A stretch of DNA of 64,000 bases, from contig OZ024740.1 in assembly GCA_964016885.1 (NCBI GenBank), positions 39,246,001 through 39,310,000 of the forward strand, read 5' to 3'. Shown here piece after piece: positions 16,801-33,100 of the stretch. The notes below the pieces were generated by a model. It saw only the letters and a program-made list of their open reading frames with translations, was not told the DNA's origin and did no database searches. Positions within the stretch are counted from its first letter, which is position 1; each line of letters opens with the position of its first letter. A program made the translations under genes and the position numbers. The stretch is from Eledone cirrhosa. Lineage: Eukaryota.

Positions 16801-18200
16801 TGTAACTATATAGTGTAGTATTGTAACTATATAACAGTAGTTTGGTAAATATATAACAGTAGTATTGTAACTATGTAGTATAGTATTGTAACTATATAAC
16901 AGTAGTATTGTAACTATATATCAGTAGTATTGTAACTATATAACAGTAGTATTGTAACTATATAACAGTAGTAATGTAACTATATAATGTAGTATTGTAA
17001 CTATATAGTGTAGTATTGTAACTATATAACAGTAGTATTGTAACTATATAACAGTAGTATTGTAACTATATAACAGTAGTATTGTAACTATATAACAGTA
17101 GTATTGTAACTATATATAACAGTAGTATTGTAACTATATAACAGTAGTATTGTAACTATATAACAGTAGTATTGTAACTATATAACAGTAGTAATGTAAC
17201 TATATAACAGAAGCATTGTAACTATATAGTGTAGTATTGTAACTATATAACAGTAGTATTGTAATTATATAGTGTAGTATTGTAACTATATAACAGTAGT
17301 ATTGTAACTATATAACAGTAGTATTGTAACTATATATAACAGTAGTATTGTAACTATATAGTGTAGTATTGTAACTATATAACAGTAGTATTGTAACTAT
17401 ATAGTGTACTATTGTAACTATATAACAGTAGTGTTGTAACTATATAGTGTAGTATTGTAACTATATAACAGTAGTATTGTAACTATATATAAGAGTAGTA
17501 TTGTGACTATATAACAGTAGTATTGTAACTATATAACAGTTGTATTGTAACTATATAGTGTAGAATTGCAACTATATAACAGTAGTATTGTAACGATATA
17601 ACAGTAGTAATGTAACTATATAACAGAAGCATTGTAACTATATAGTGTAGTATTGTAACTATATAACAGTAGTATTGTAACTATATAACAGAAGTTTTGT
17701 AACTATATAACAGTAGTATTGTAACTATATATAACAGTAGTATTGTAACTATATAGTGTAGTATTGTAACTATATAACAGTAGTATTGTAACTATATAGT
17801 GTACTATTGTAACTATATAACAGTAGTATTGTAACTATATAGTGTAGTATTGTAACTATATAACAGTAGTATTGTAACTATATAACAGTAGTATTGTAAC
17901 TATATAACAGTAGTATTGTAACTATATAGTGTAGTATTGCAACTATATAACAGTAGTATTGTAACTATATAATGGTAGTATTGTAACTATATAACAGTAG
18001 TATTGTAACTATATAACAGTAGTATTGTGATAATATAACAGTAGTATTGTAACTATATAACAGTAGTAATGTAACTATATAATGTAGTATTGTAACTATA
18101 TAGTGTTGTATAGTAACTATATAACAGTAGTATCGTAACTATATAACAGTAGTATTGTAACTATATAACAGTAGTATTGTAACAATATAACAGTAGTATT
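11881..18200 (+). repeat. Duplicated block with 4320-bp offset (11881-~13880 vs 16201-~18200)
   Basis: The 60-base lines match at offset 4320 (11881 vs 16201, 12301 vs 16621). GAAGTTTTG lies at 13371 and 17691. Confidence 0.92.
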
Positions 18201-21200
18201 GTAACTATATATAACAGTAGTATTGTAACTATATAACAGTAGTATTGTAACTATATAGCACTAGTATTGTAACTATATAGCAGTAGTATTTTACTATATA
18301 GTAGTATTGTAACTATATATAACAGTAGTATTGTAACTATATAGTGTAGTATTGTAACTATATAACAGTAGTATTGTAACTATATAACAGTAGTATTGTA
18401 ACTATATATAACAGTAGTAATGTAACTATATAACAGAAGCATTGTAACTATATAGTGTAGTATTGTAACTATATAACAGTAGTATTGTAATTATATAGTG
18501 TAGTATTGTAACTATATAACAGTAGTATTGTAACTATGTAACAGTAGTATTGTAACTATATATAACAGTAGTATTGTAACTATATAGTGTAGTATTGTAA
18601 CTATATAACAGTAGTATTGTAACTATATAGTGTACTATTGTAACTATATAACAGTAGTATTGTAACTATATAGTGTAGTATTGTAACTATATAACAGTAG
18701 TATTGTAACTATATATAACAGTAGTATTGTGACTATATAACACTAGTATTGTAACTATATAACAGTAGTATTGTAACTATATAGTGTAGAATTGCAACTA
18801 TATAACAGTAGTATTGTAACTATATAACAGTAGTAATGTAGCTATATAACAGAAGCATTGTAACTATATAGTGTATTATTGTAACTATATAACAGTAGTA
18901 TTGTAATTATATAGTGTAGTATTGTAACAATGTAACAGTAGTATTGTAACTATATAACAGTAGTATTGTAACTATATATAACAGTAGTATTGTAACTATA
19001 TAGTGTAGTATTGTAACTATATAACAGTAGTATTGTAACTATATAGTGTACTATTGTAACTATATAACAGTATTATTGTAACTATATAGTGTAGTATTGT
19101 AACTATATAACAGTAGTATTGTAACTATATAACAGTAGTATTGTAACTATATATAACAGTAGTATTGTAACTATATAGTGTAGTATTGTAACTATATAAC
19201 AGTAGTATTGTAACTATATAACAGTAGTATTGTAACTTTATAACAGTAGTATTGTAACTATATAGTGTATTATTGCAACTATATAACCGTAGTATTGTAA
19301 CTATATATAACACTAGTATTGTAACTATATAACAGTAGTATTCTAACTATATAGTGTAGTATTGTAACTATATATAACAGTAGTATTGTAACTATATAAC
19401 AGTAGTATTGTAACTATATAGTGTAGTATTGTAACTATATATAACAGTAGTATTCTAACTATATAACAGTAGTATTGTAACTATATAGTGTAGTATTGCA
19501 ACTATATAGTGTAGTATTGTAACTATATAACAGTAGTATTGTAACTATATAACAGTAGTATTGTAACTATATAACAGTAGTATTGTAACTATATAGCAAT
19601 AGTATTGTAACTATATAGCAGTAGTATTTTACTATATAGTAGTATTGTAACTATATATAACAGTAGTATAGTAACTATATAGTGTAGTATTGTAACTATA
19701 TAACAGTAGTATTGTAACTATATAACAGTAGTATTGTAACTATATAACAGTAGTATTGTAACTATATAACAGTAGTATTGTAAGTATATAACAGTAGTAT
19801 TGTAACTATATGACAGTAGTATTGTAACTATATGTAACAGTAGTATTGTAACTATATAGTGTAGTATTGTAACTATATAACAGTAGTATTGTAACTATAT
19901 AACAGTAGTAATGTAACTATATAGTGTAGTATTGCAACTATATAACAGTAGTATTGTAGCTATATAGTGTAGTATTGTAACTATATAACAGTAGTATTGT
20001 AACTATATAACAGTAGTATTGTAACTATATAGTGTAGTATTGTAACTATATAACAGTAGTATTGTAACTATATAACAGTAGTATTGTAACTATATAACAG
20101 TAGTATTTTAACTATATAACAGTAGTATTGTAACTATGTAGTGTAGTATTGTAACTATATAACTGTAGTATTGTAACTATATAGCAGTAGTATTGTAACT
20201 ATATAACAGTAGTATTGTAACTATATAACAGTAGTATTGTAACTATAAAACAGTAGTATTGTAACTATATAGCAGTAGTAATTTAACTATATAGTAGTAT
20301 TGTAACTATATATAGCAGTAGTATTTTAACTATATTGTAGTATTCTAACTATATATAACAGTTGTATTGTAACTATATAACAGTAGTATTGTAACTATAT
20401 AACAGTAGTATTGTAACTATATATAACTCCAGTATTGTAACTATATAACAGTAGTATTGTAACTATATAGTGTAGTATTGTAACTATATATAACAGTAGT
20501 ATTGTAACTATATAACAGTAGTATTGTAACTATATAGTGTAGTATTGTAACTATATATAACAGTAGTATTCTAACTATATAACAGTAGTATTGTAACTAT
20601 ATAGTGTAGTATTGTAACTATATAGTGTAGTATTGTAACTATATGACAGTAGTATTGTAACTATATAACAGTAGTATTGTAACTATATAGTGTAGTATTG
20701 CAACTATATAGTGTAGTATTGTAACTATATAACAGTAGTATTGTAACTATATAACAGTAGTATTGTAACTATATAACAGTAGTATTGTAACTATATAACA
20801 GTAGTAATGTAACTATATAACAGTAGTTATGTAACTATATGACAGTAGTGTTGCAACTATATAACAGTAGCATTGTAACTATATAACAGTAGTATTGTAA
20901 CTATATAACAGTAGTATTGTAACTATACAGTGTAGTATTGTAACTATATAACAGTAGAATTGTAACTATATAACAGTAGTATTGTAACTATATAACAGTA
21001 GTATTGTAACTATATAACAGTAGCATTGTAACAATATATAACAGTAGTATTGTAACTATATAGTGTAGTATTGTAACTATATAACACTAGTATTGTAACT
21101 ATATAGTGTAGTATTGTAACTATATAGTGTAGTATTTTAACTATATGACAGTAGTATTCTAACTATATAACACTAGTATTGTGACTATATAGTGCTGTAT

Positions 21201-24149
21201 TGAAACTATATAACAGTAGTATTGTAACTATATAACAGTAGTATTTTAACTATATAACAGTAGTATTGTAACTATATAACTGTAGTATTGCAACAATATA
21301 TTGTAGTATTGTAACTATATAACAGTAGTATTGCAACTATATGACAGTAGTATTGCAAATATACTGTGTATTATTGTAACTATATAACAGTAGTATTGTA
21401 ACTATATAACAGTAGTATTGTAACTATATAACCGTAGTATTGTAACTATACATAACAGTAGTATTGTAACTATACATAACAGTAGTATTGTAACTATATA
21501 ACAGTAGTATTGTAAGTATATAACAGTAGTATTGTAACTATATAACAGTAGTATTGTAACTATATAACAGTGGTATTGTAACTATATGACAGTAGTATTG
21601 AAACTATATAACAGTAGTATTGTAACTATATAGTGTAGTATTGTAACTATATAACAGTAGTTTGGTAAATATATAACAGTAGTATTGTAACTATGTAGTA
21701 TAGTATTGTAACTATATAACAGTAGTATTGTAACTATATATCAGTAGTATTGTAACTATATAACAGTAGTATTGTAACTATATAACAGTAGTAATGTAAC
21801 TATATAATGTAGTATTGTAACTATATAGTGTAGTATTGTAACTATATAACAGTAGTATTGTAACTATATAACAGTAGTATTGTAACTATATAACAGTAGT
21901 ATTGTAACTATATAACAGTAGTATTGTAACTATATATAACAGTAGTATTGTAACTATATAACAGTAGTATTGTAACTATATAACAGTAGTATTGTAACTA
22001 TATAACAGTAGTAATGTAACTATATAACAGAAGCATTGTAACTATATAGTGTAGTATTGTAACTATATAACAGTAGTATTGTAATTATATAGTGTAGTAT
22101 TGTAACTATATAACAGTAGTATTGTAACTATATAACAGTAGTATTGTAACTATATATAACAGTAGTATTGTAACTATATAGTGTAGTATTGTAACTATAT
22201 AACAGTAGTATTGTAACTATATAGTGTACTATTGTAACTATATAACAGTAGTATTGTAACTATATAGTGTAGTATTGTAACTATATAACAGTAGTATTGT
22301 AACTATATATAAGAGTAGTATTGTGACTATATAACAGTAGTATTGTAACTATATAACAGTTGTATTGTAACTATATAGTGTAGAATTGCAACTATATAAC
22401 AGTAGTATTGTAACGATATAACAGTAGTAATGTAACTATATAACAGAAGCATTGTAACTATATAGTGTAGTATTGTAACTATATAACAGTAGTATTGTAA
22501 CTATATAACAGAAGTTTTGTAACTATATAACAGTAGTATTGTAACTATATATAACAGTAGTATTGTAACTATATAGTGTAGTATTGTAACTATATAACAG
22601 TAGTATTGTAACTATATAGTGTACTATTGTAACTATATAACAGTAGTATTGTAACTATATAGTGTAGTATTGTAACTATATAACAGTAGTATTGTAACTA
22701 TATAACAGTAGTATTGTAACTATATAACAGTAGTATTGTAACTATATAGTGTAGTATTGCAACTATATAACAGTAGTATTGTAACTATATAATGGTAGTA
22801 TTGTAACTATATAACAGTAGTATTGTAACTATATAACAGTAGTATTGTGATAATATAACAGTAGTATTGTAACTATATAACAGTAGTAATGTAACTATAT
22901 AATGTAGTATTGTAACTATATAGTGTTGTATAGTAACTATATAACAGTAGTATCGTAACTATATAACAATAGTATTGTAACTATATAACAGTAGTATTGT
23001 AACAATATAACAGTAGTATTGTAACTATATATAACAGTAGTATTGTAACTATATAACAGTAGTATTGTAACTATATAGCACTAGTATTGTAACTATATAG
23101 CAGTAGTATTTTACTATATAGTAGTATTGTAACTATATATAACAGTAGTATCGTAACTATATAGTGTAGTATTGTAACTATATAACAGTAGTATTGTAAC
23201 TATATAACAGTAGTATTGTAACTATATAACAGTAGTATTGTAACTATATAACAGTAGTATTGTAACTATGTAGTGTAGTATTGTAACTATATAACTGTAG
23301 TATTGTAACTATATAACAGTAGTATTGTAACTATATAAAAGTAGTATTGTAACTATATAACAGTAGTATTTTAACTATATAACAGTAGTATTGTAACTAT
23401 ATAGCAGTAGTATTTTAACTATATAGTAGTATTGTAACTATATATAGCAGTAGTATTTTAACTATATTGTAGTATTCTAACTATATATAACAGTAGTATT
23501 GCAACTATATAACAGTAGTATTGTAACTATATAACAGTAGTATTGTAACTATATATAACACTAGTATTGTAACTATATAACAGTAGTATTCTAACTATAT
23601 AGTGTAGTATTGTAACTATATATAACAGTAGTATTGTAACTATATAACAGTAGTATTGTAACTATATAGTGTAGTATTGTAACTATATATAACAGTAGTA
23701 TTCTAACTATATAACAGTAGTATTGTAACTATATAGTGTAGTATTGCAACTATATAGTGTAGTATTGTAACTATATAACAGTAGTATTGTAACTATATAA
23801 CAGTAGTATTGTAACTATATAACAGTAGTATTGTAACTATATAGTGTATTATTGCAACTATATAACCGTAGTATTGTAACTATATATAACACTAGTATTG
23901 TAACTATATAACAGTAGTATTCTAACTATATAGTGTAGTATTGTAACTATATATAACAGTAGTATTGTAACTATATAACAGTAGTATTGTAACTATATAG
24001 TGTAGTATTGTAACTATATATAACAGTAGTATTCTAACTATATAACAGTAGTATTGTAACTATATAGTGTAGTATTGCAACTATATAGTGTAGTATTGTA
24101 ACTATATAACAGTAGTATTGTAACTATATAACAGTAGTATTGTAACTAT

Positions 24150-27100
24150 ATAACAGTAGTATTGTAACTATATAACAGTAGTAATGTAACTATATAAGAG
24201 TAGTAATGTAACTATATGACAGTAGTATTGCAACTATATAACAGTAGCATTGTAACTATATAACAGTAGTATTGTAACTATATAACAGTAGTATTGTAAC
24301 TATATAACAGTAGTAATGTAACTATATAACAGAAGCATTGTAACTATATAGTGTAGTATTGTAACTATATAACAGTAGTATTGTAATTATATAGTGTAGT
24401 ATTGTAACTATATAACAGTAGTATTGTAACTATATAACAGTAGTATTGTAACTATATATAACAGTAGTATTGTAACTATATAGTGTAGTATTGTAACTAT
24501 ATAACAGTAGTATTGTAACTATATAGTGTACTATTGTAACTATATAACAGTAGTATTGTAACTATATAGTGTAGTATTGTAACTATATAACAGTAGTATT
24601 GTAACTATATATAACAGTAGTATTGTGACTATATAACAGTAGTATTGTAACTATATAACAGTAGTATTGTAACTATATAGTGTAGAATTGCAACTATATA
24701 ACAGTAGTATTGTAACTATATAACAGTAGTAATGTAACTATATAACAGAAGCATTGTAACTATATAGTGTAGTATTGTAACTATATAACAGTAGTATTGT
24801 AATTATATAGTGTAGTATTGTAACTATATAACAGTAGTATTGTAACTATATATAACAGTAGTATTGTAACTATATAGTGTAGTATTGTAACTATATAACA
24901 GTAGTATTGTAACTATATAGTGTACTATTGTAACTATATAACAGTAGTATTGTAACTATATAGTGTAGTATTGTAACTATATAACAGTAGTATTGTAACT
25001 ATATAACAGTAGTATTGTAACTATATAACAGTAGTATTGTAACTATATAGTGTAGTATTGCAACTATATAACAGTAGTATTGTAACTATATAACAGTAGT
25101 ATTGTGATAATATAACAGTAGTATTGTAACTATATAACAGTAGTAATGTAACTATATAATGTAGTATTGTAACTATATAGTGTTGTATAGTAACTATATA
25201 ACAGTAGTATCGTAACTATATAACAGTAGTATTGTAACTATGTAACAGTAGTATTGTAACTATATAACAGTAGTATTGTAACTATATATAACAGTAGTAT
25301 TGTAACTATATAACAGTAGGATTGTAACTATATAGTGTAGAATTGTAACTATATAACAGTAGTATTGTAACTATATAACAGTAGTATTGTAACTATATAA
25401 CAGTAGTATTGTAACTATATAGCAGTAGTATTTTACTATATAGTAGTATTGTAACTATATATAACAGTAGTATTGTAACTATATAGTGTAGTATTGTAAC
25501 TATATAACAGTAGTATTGTAACTATATAACAGTAGTATTGTAATTATATAACAGTAGTATTGTAACTATATAACAGTAGTATTGTAACTATGTAGTGTAG
25601 TATTGTAACTATATAACTGTAGTATTGTAACTATATAACAGTAGTATTGTAACTATATAACAGTAGTATTGTAATTATATAACAGTAATATTGTAACTAT
25701 ATAACAGTAGTATTGTAACTATATAGCAGTAGTATTTTAACTATATAGTAGTATTGTAACTATATATAGCAGTAGTATTTTAACTATATAGTGTAGTATT
25801 GTAACTATATAACAGTAGTATTGTAACTATATAGTGTACTATTGTAACTATATAACAGTAGTATTGTAACTATATAGTGTAGTATTGTAACTATATAACA
25901 GTAGTATTGTAACTATATATAAGAGTGGTATTGTGACTATATAACAGTAGTATTGTAACTATATAACAGTAGTATTGTAACTATATAGTGTAGAATTGCA
26001 ACTATATAACAGTAGTATTGTAACGATATAACAGTAGTAATGTAACTATATAACAGAAGCATTGTAACTATATAGTGTAGTATTGTAACTATATAACAGT
26101 AGTATTGTAATTATATAGTGTAGTATTGTAACTATATAACAGTAGTTTTGTAACTATATAACAGTAGTATTGTAACTATATATAACAGTAGTATTGTAAC
26201 TATATAGTGTAGTATTGTAACTATATAACAGTAGTATTGTAACTATATAGTGTACTATTGTAACTATATAACAGTAGTATTGTAACTATATAGTGTAGTA
26301 TTGTAACTATATAACAGTAGTATTGTAACTATATAACAGTAGTATTGTAACTATATAACAGTAGTATTGTAACTATATAGTGTAGTATTGCAACTATATA
26401 ACAGTAGTATTGTAACTATATAATGGTAGTATTGTAACTATATAATAGTAGTATTGTAACTATATAACAGTAGTATTGTGATAATATAACAGTATTATTG
26501 TAACTATATAACAGTAGTAATATAACTATATAATGTAGTATTGTAACTATATAGTGTTGTATAGTAACTATATAACAGTAGTATCGTAACTATATAACAG
26601 TAGTATTGTAACTATATAACAGTAGTATTGTAACAATATAACAGTAGTATTGTAACTATATATAACAGTAGTATTGTAACTATATAACAGTAGGATTGTA
26701 ACTATATAGTGTAGTATTGTAACTATATAACAGTAGTATTGTAACTATATAACAGTAGTATTGTAACTATATAGCACTAGTATTGTAACTATATAGCAGT
26801 AGTATTTTACTATATAGTAGTATTGTAACTATATATAACAGTAGTATTGTAACTATATAGTGTAGTATTGTAACTATATAACAGTAGTATTGTAACTATA
26901 TAACAGTAGTATTGTAACTATATAACAGTAGTATTGTAACTATATAACAGTAGTATTGTAACTATGTAGTGTAGTATTGTAACTATATAACTGTAGTATT
27001 GTAACTATATAACAGTAGTATTGTAACTATATAACAGTAGTATTGTAACTATATAACAGTAGTATTGTAACTATATAACAGTAGTATTGTAACTATATAG

Positions 27101-30100
27101 CAGTAGTATTTTAACTATATATTAGTATTGTAACTATATATAACAGTAGTATTTTAACTATATTGTAGTATTCTAACTATATATAACAGTAGTATTGCAA
27201 CTATATAACAGTAGTATTGTAACTATATAACAGTAGTATTGTAACTATATATAACACTAGTATTGTAACTATATAACAGTAGTATTCTAACTATATAGTG
27301 TAGTATTGTAACTATATATAACAGTAGTATTGTAACTATATAACAGTAGTATTGTACCTATATAGTGTAGTATTGTAACTATATATAACAGTAGTATTCT
27401 AACTATATAACAGTAGTATTGTAACTATATAGTGTAGTATTGCAACTATATAGTGTAGTATTGTAACTATATAACAGTAGTATTGTAACTATATAACAGT
27501 AGTATTGTAACTATATAACAGTAGTATTGTAACTATATAACAGCAGTAATGTAACTATATAACAGTAGTAATGTAACTATATGACAGTAGTATTGCAACT
27601 ATATAACAGTAGCATTGTAACTATATAACAGTAGAATTGTAACTATATAACAGTAGTATTGTAACTATATAACAGTAGTAATGTAACTATATAACAGAAG
27701 CATTGTAACTATATAACAGTAGTATTGTAACTATATAACAGTAGTATTGTAACTATATAACAGTAGTATTGTAACTATATAACAGTGGTATTGTAACTAT
27801 ATGACAGTAGTATTGAAACTATATAACAGTAGTATTGTAACTATATAGTGTAGTATTGTAACTATATAACAGTAGTTTGGTAAATATATAACAGTAGTAT
27901 TGTAACTATGTAGTATAGTATTGTAACTATATAACAGTAGTATTGTAACTATATATCAGTAGTATTGTAACTATATAACAGTAGTATTGTAACTATATAA
28001 CAGTAGTAATGTAACTATATAATGTAGTATTGTAACTATATAGTGTAGTATTGTAACTATATAACAGTAGTATTGTAACTATATAACAGTAGTATTGTAA
28101 CTATATAACAGTAGTATTGTAACTATATAACAGTAGTATTGTAACTATATATAACAGTAGTATTGTAACTATATAACAGTAGTATTGTAACTATATAACA
28201 GTAGTATTGTAACTATATAACAGTAGTAATGTAACTATATAACAGAAGCATTGTAACTATATAGTGTAGTATTGTAACTATATAACAGTAGTATTGTAAG
28301 TATATAACAGTAGTATTGTAACTATATAACAGTAGTATTGTAACTATATAACAGTGGTATTGTAACTATATGACAGTAGTATTGAAACTATATAACAGTA
28401 GTATTGTAACTATATAGTGTAGTATTGTAACTATATAACAGTAGTTTGGTAAATATATAACAGTAGTATTGTAACTATGTAGTATAGTATTGTAACTATA
28501 TAACAGTAGTATTGTAACTATATATCAGTAGTATTGTAACTATATAACAGTAGTATTGTAACTATATAACAGTAGTAATGTAACTATATAATGTAGTATT
28601 GTAACTATATAGTGTAGTATTGTAACTATATAACAGTAGTATTGTAACTATATAACAGTAGTATTGTAACTATATAACAGTAGTATTGTAACTATATAAC
28701 AGTAGTATTGTAACTATATATAACAGTAGTATTGTAACTATATAACAGTAGTATTGTAACTATATAACAGTAGTATTGTAACTATATAACAGTAGTAATG
28801 TAACTATATAACAGAAGCATTGTAACTATATAGTGTAGTATTGTAACTATATAACAGTAGTATTGTAATTATATAGTGTAGTATTGTAACTATATAACAG
28901 TAGTATTGTAACTATATAACAGTAGTATTGTAACTATATATAACAGTAGTATTGTAACTATATAGTGTAGTATTGTAACTATATAACAGTAGTATTGTAA
29001 CTATATAGTGTACTATTGTAACTATATAACAGTAGTATTGTAACTATATAGTGTAGTATTGTAACTATATAACAGTAGTATTGTAACTATATATAAGAGT
29101 AGTATTGTGACTATATAACAGTAGTATTGTAACTATATAACAGTTGTATTGTAACTATATAGTGTAGAATTGCAACTATATAACAGTAGTATTGTAACGA
29201 TATAACAGTAGTAATGTAACTATATAACAGAAGCATTGTAACTATATAGTGTAGTATTGTAACTATATAACAGTAGTATTGTAACTATATAACAGAAGTT
29301 TTGTAACTATATAACAGTAGTATTGTAACTATATATAACAGTAGTATTGTAACTATATAGTGTAGTATTGTAACTATATAACAGTAGTATTGTAACTATA
29401 TAGTGTACTATTGTAACTATATAACAGTAGTATTGTAACTATATAGTGTAGTATTGTAACTATATAACAGTAGTATTGTAACTATATAACAGTAGTATTG
29501 TAACTATATAACAGTAGTATTGTAACTATATAGTGTAGTATTGCAACTATATAACAGTAGTATTGTAACTATATAATGGTAGTATTGTAACTATATAACA
29601 GTAGTATTGTAACTATATAACAGTAGTAATGTAACTATATAATGTAGTATTGTAACTATATAGTGTTGTATAGTAACTATATAACAGTAGTATCGTAACT
29701 ATATAACAGTAGTATTGTAACTATATAACAGTAGTATTGTAACAATATAACAGTAGTATTGTAACTATATATAACAGTAGTATTGTAACTATATAACAGT
29801 AGTATTGTAACTATATAGCACTAGTATTGTAACTATATAGCAGTAGTATTTTACTATATAGTAGTATTGTAACTATATATAACAGTAGTATCGTAACTAT
29901 ATAGTGTAGTATTGTAACTATATAACAGTAGTATTGTAACTATATAACAGTAGTATTGTAACTATATAACAGTAGTATTGTAACTATATAACAGTAGTAT
30001 TGTAACTATGTAGTGTAGTATTGTAACTATATAACTGTAGTATTGTAACTATATAACAGTAGTATTGTAACTATATAAAAGTAGTATTGTAACTATATAA

Positions 30101-33100
30101 CAGTAGTATTTTAACTATATAACAGTAGTATTGTAACTATATAGCAGTAGTATTTTAACTATATAGTAGTATTGTAACTATATATAGCAGTAGTATTTTA
30201 ACTATATTGTAGTATTCTAACTATATATAACAGTAGTATTGCAACTATATAACAGTAGTATTGTAACTATATAACAGTAGTATTGTAACTATATATAACA
30301 CTAGTATTGTAACTATATAACAGTAGTATTCTAACTATATAGTGTAGTATTGTAACTATATATAACAGTAGTATTGTAACTATATAACAGTAGTATTGTA
30401 ACTATATAGTGTAGTATTGTAACTATATATAACAGTAGTATTCTAACTATATAACAGTAGTATTGTAACTATATAGTGTAGTATTGCAACTATATAGTGT
30501 AGTATTGTAACTATATAACAGTAGTATTGTAACTATATAACAGTAGTATTGTAACTATATAACAGTAGTATTGTAACTATATAGTGTATTATTGCAACTA
30601 TATAACCGTAGTATTGTAACTATATATAACACTAGTATTGTAACTATATAACAGTAGTATTCTAACTATATAGTGTAGTATTGTAACTATATATAACAGT
30701 AGTATTGTAACTATATAACAGTAGTATTGTAACTATATAGTGTAGTATTGTAACTATATATAACAGTAGTATTCTAACTATATAACAGTAGTATTGTAAC
30801 TATATAGTGTAGTATTGCAACTATATAGTGTAGTATTGTAACTATATAACAGTACTATTGTAACTATATAGTGTACTATTGTAACTATATAACAGTAGTA
30901 TTGTAACTATATAGTGTAGTATTGTAACTATATAACAGTAGTATTGTAACTATATATAACAGTAGTATTGTGACTATATAACAGTAGTATTGTAACTATA
31001 TAACAGTAGTATTGTAACTATATAGTGTAGAATTGCAACTATATAACAGTAGTATTGTAACTATATAACAGTAGTAATGTAACTATATAACAGAAGCATT
31101 GTAACTATATAGTGTAGTATTGTAACTATATAACAGTAGTATTGTAATTATATAGTGTAGTATTGTAACTATATAACAGTAGTATTGTAACTATATATAA
31201 CAGTAGTATTGTAACTATATAGTGTAGTATTGTAACTATATAACAGTAGTATTGTAACTATATAGTGTACTATTGTAACTATATAACAGTAGTATTGTAA
31301 CTATATAGTGTAGTATTGTAACTATATAACAGTAGTATTGTAACTATATAACAGTAGTATTGTAAGTATATAACAGTAGTATTGTAACTATATAGTGTAG
31401 TATTGTAACTATATAACAGTAGTATTGTAACTATATAACAGTAGTATTGTAACTATATAACAGTAGTAATGTAACTATATAAGAGTAGTAATGTAACTAT
31501 ATGACAGTAGTATTGCAACTATATAACAGTAGCATTGTAACTATATAACAGTAGTATTGTAACTATATAACAGTAGTATTGTAACTATATAACAGTAGTA
31601 ATGTAACTATATAACAGAAGCATTGTAACTATATAGTGTAGTATTGTAACTATATAACAGTAGTATTGTAATTATATAGTGTAGTATTGTAACTATATAA
31701 CAGTAGTATTGTAACTATATAACAGTAGTATTGTAACTATATATAACAGTAGTATTGTAACTATATAGTGTAGTATTGTAACTATATAACAGTAGTATTG
31801 TAACTATATAGTGTACTATTGTAACTATATAACAGTAGTATTGTAACTATATAGTGTAGTATTGTAACTATATAACAGTAGTATTGTAACTATATATAAC
31901 AGTAGTATTGTGACTATATAACAGTAGTATTGTAACTATATAACAGTAGTATTGTAACTATATAGTGTAGAATTGCAACTATATAACAGTAGTATTGTAA
32001 CTATATAACAGTAGTAATGTAACTATATAACAGAAGCATTGTAACTATATAGTGTAGTATTGTAACTATATAACAGTAGTATTGTAATTATATAGTGTAG
32101 TATTGTAACTATATAACAGTAGTATTGTAACTATATATAACAGTAGTATTGTAACTATATAGTGTAGTATTGTAACTATATAACAGTAGTATTGTAACTA
32201 TATAGTGTACTATTGTAACTATATAACAGTAGTATTGTAACTATATAGTGTAGTATTGTAACTATATAACAGTAGTATTGTAACTATATAACAGTAGTAT
32301 TGTAAGTATATAACAGTAGTATTGTAACTATATAGTGTAGTATTGCAACTATATAACAGTAGTATTGTAACTATATAACAGTAGTATTGTGATAATATAA
32401 CAGTAGTATTGTAACTATATAACAGTAGTAATGTAACTATATAATGTAGTATTGTAACTATATAGTGTTGTATAGTAACTATATAACAGTAGTATCGTAA
32501 CTATATAACAGTAGTATTGTAACTATGTAACAGTAGTATTGTAACTATATAACAGTAGTATTGTAACTATATATAACAGTAGTATTGTAACTATATAACA
32601 GTAGGATTGTAACTATATAGTGTAGAATTGTAACTATATAACAGTAGTATTGTAACTATATAACAGTAGTATTGTAACTATATAACAGTAGTATTGTAAC
32701 TATATAGCAGTAGTATTTTACTATATAGTAGTATTGTAACTATATATAACAGTAGTATTGTAACTATATAGTGTAGTATTGTAACTATATAACAGTAGTA
32801 TTGTAACTATATAACAGTAGTATTGTAATTATATAACAGTAGTATTGTAACTATATAACAGTAGTATTGTAACTATGTAGTGTAGTATTGTAACTATATA
32901 ACTGTAGTATTGTAACTATATAACAGTAGTATTGTAACTATATAACAGTAGTATTGTAATTATATAACAGTAATATTGTAACTATATAACAGTAGTATTG
33001 TAACTATATAGCAGTAGTATTTTAACTATATAGTAGTATTGTAACTATATATAGCAGTAGTATTTTAACTATATAGTGTAGTATTGTAACTATATAACAG

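Noticed and set aside
19125-19313. 62-aa minus-strand ORF (MLYIVTILRLYSCNNTLYSYNTTV...)
   Set aside because: It is a translation of satellite monomers (YSYNTTV / YIVTILL / LQYYCY). The minus strand has only about one stop per monomer, so a chance mix of 21/22/24-bp units and a point variant keeps a frame open. It also lacks a true ATG start and any gene context.
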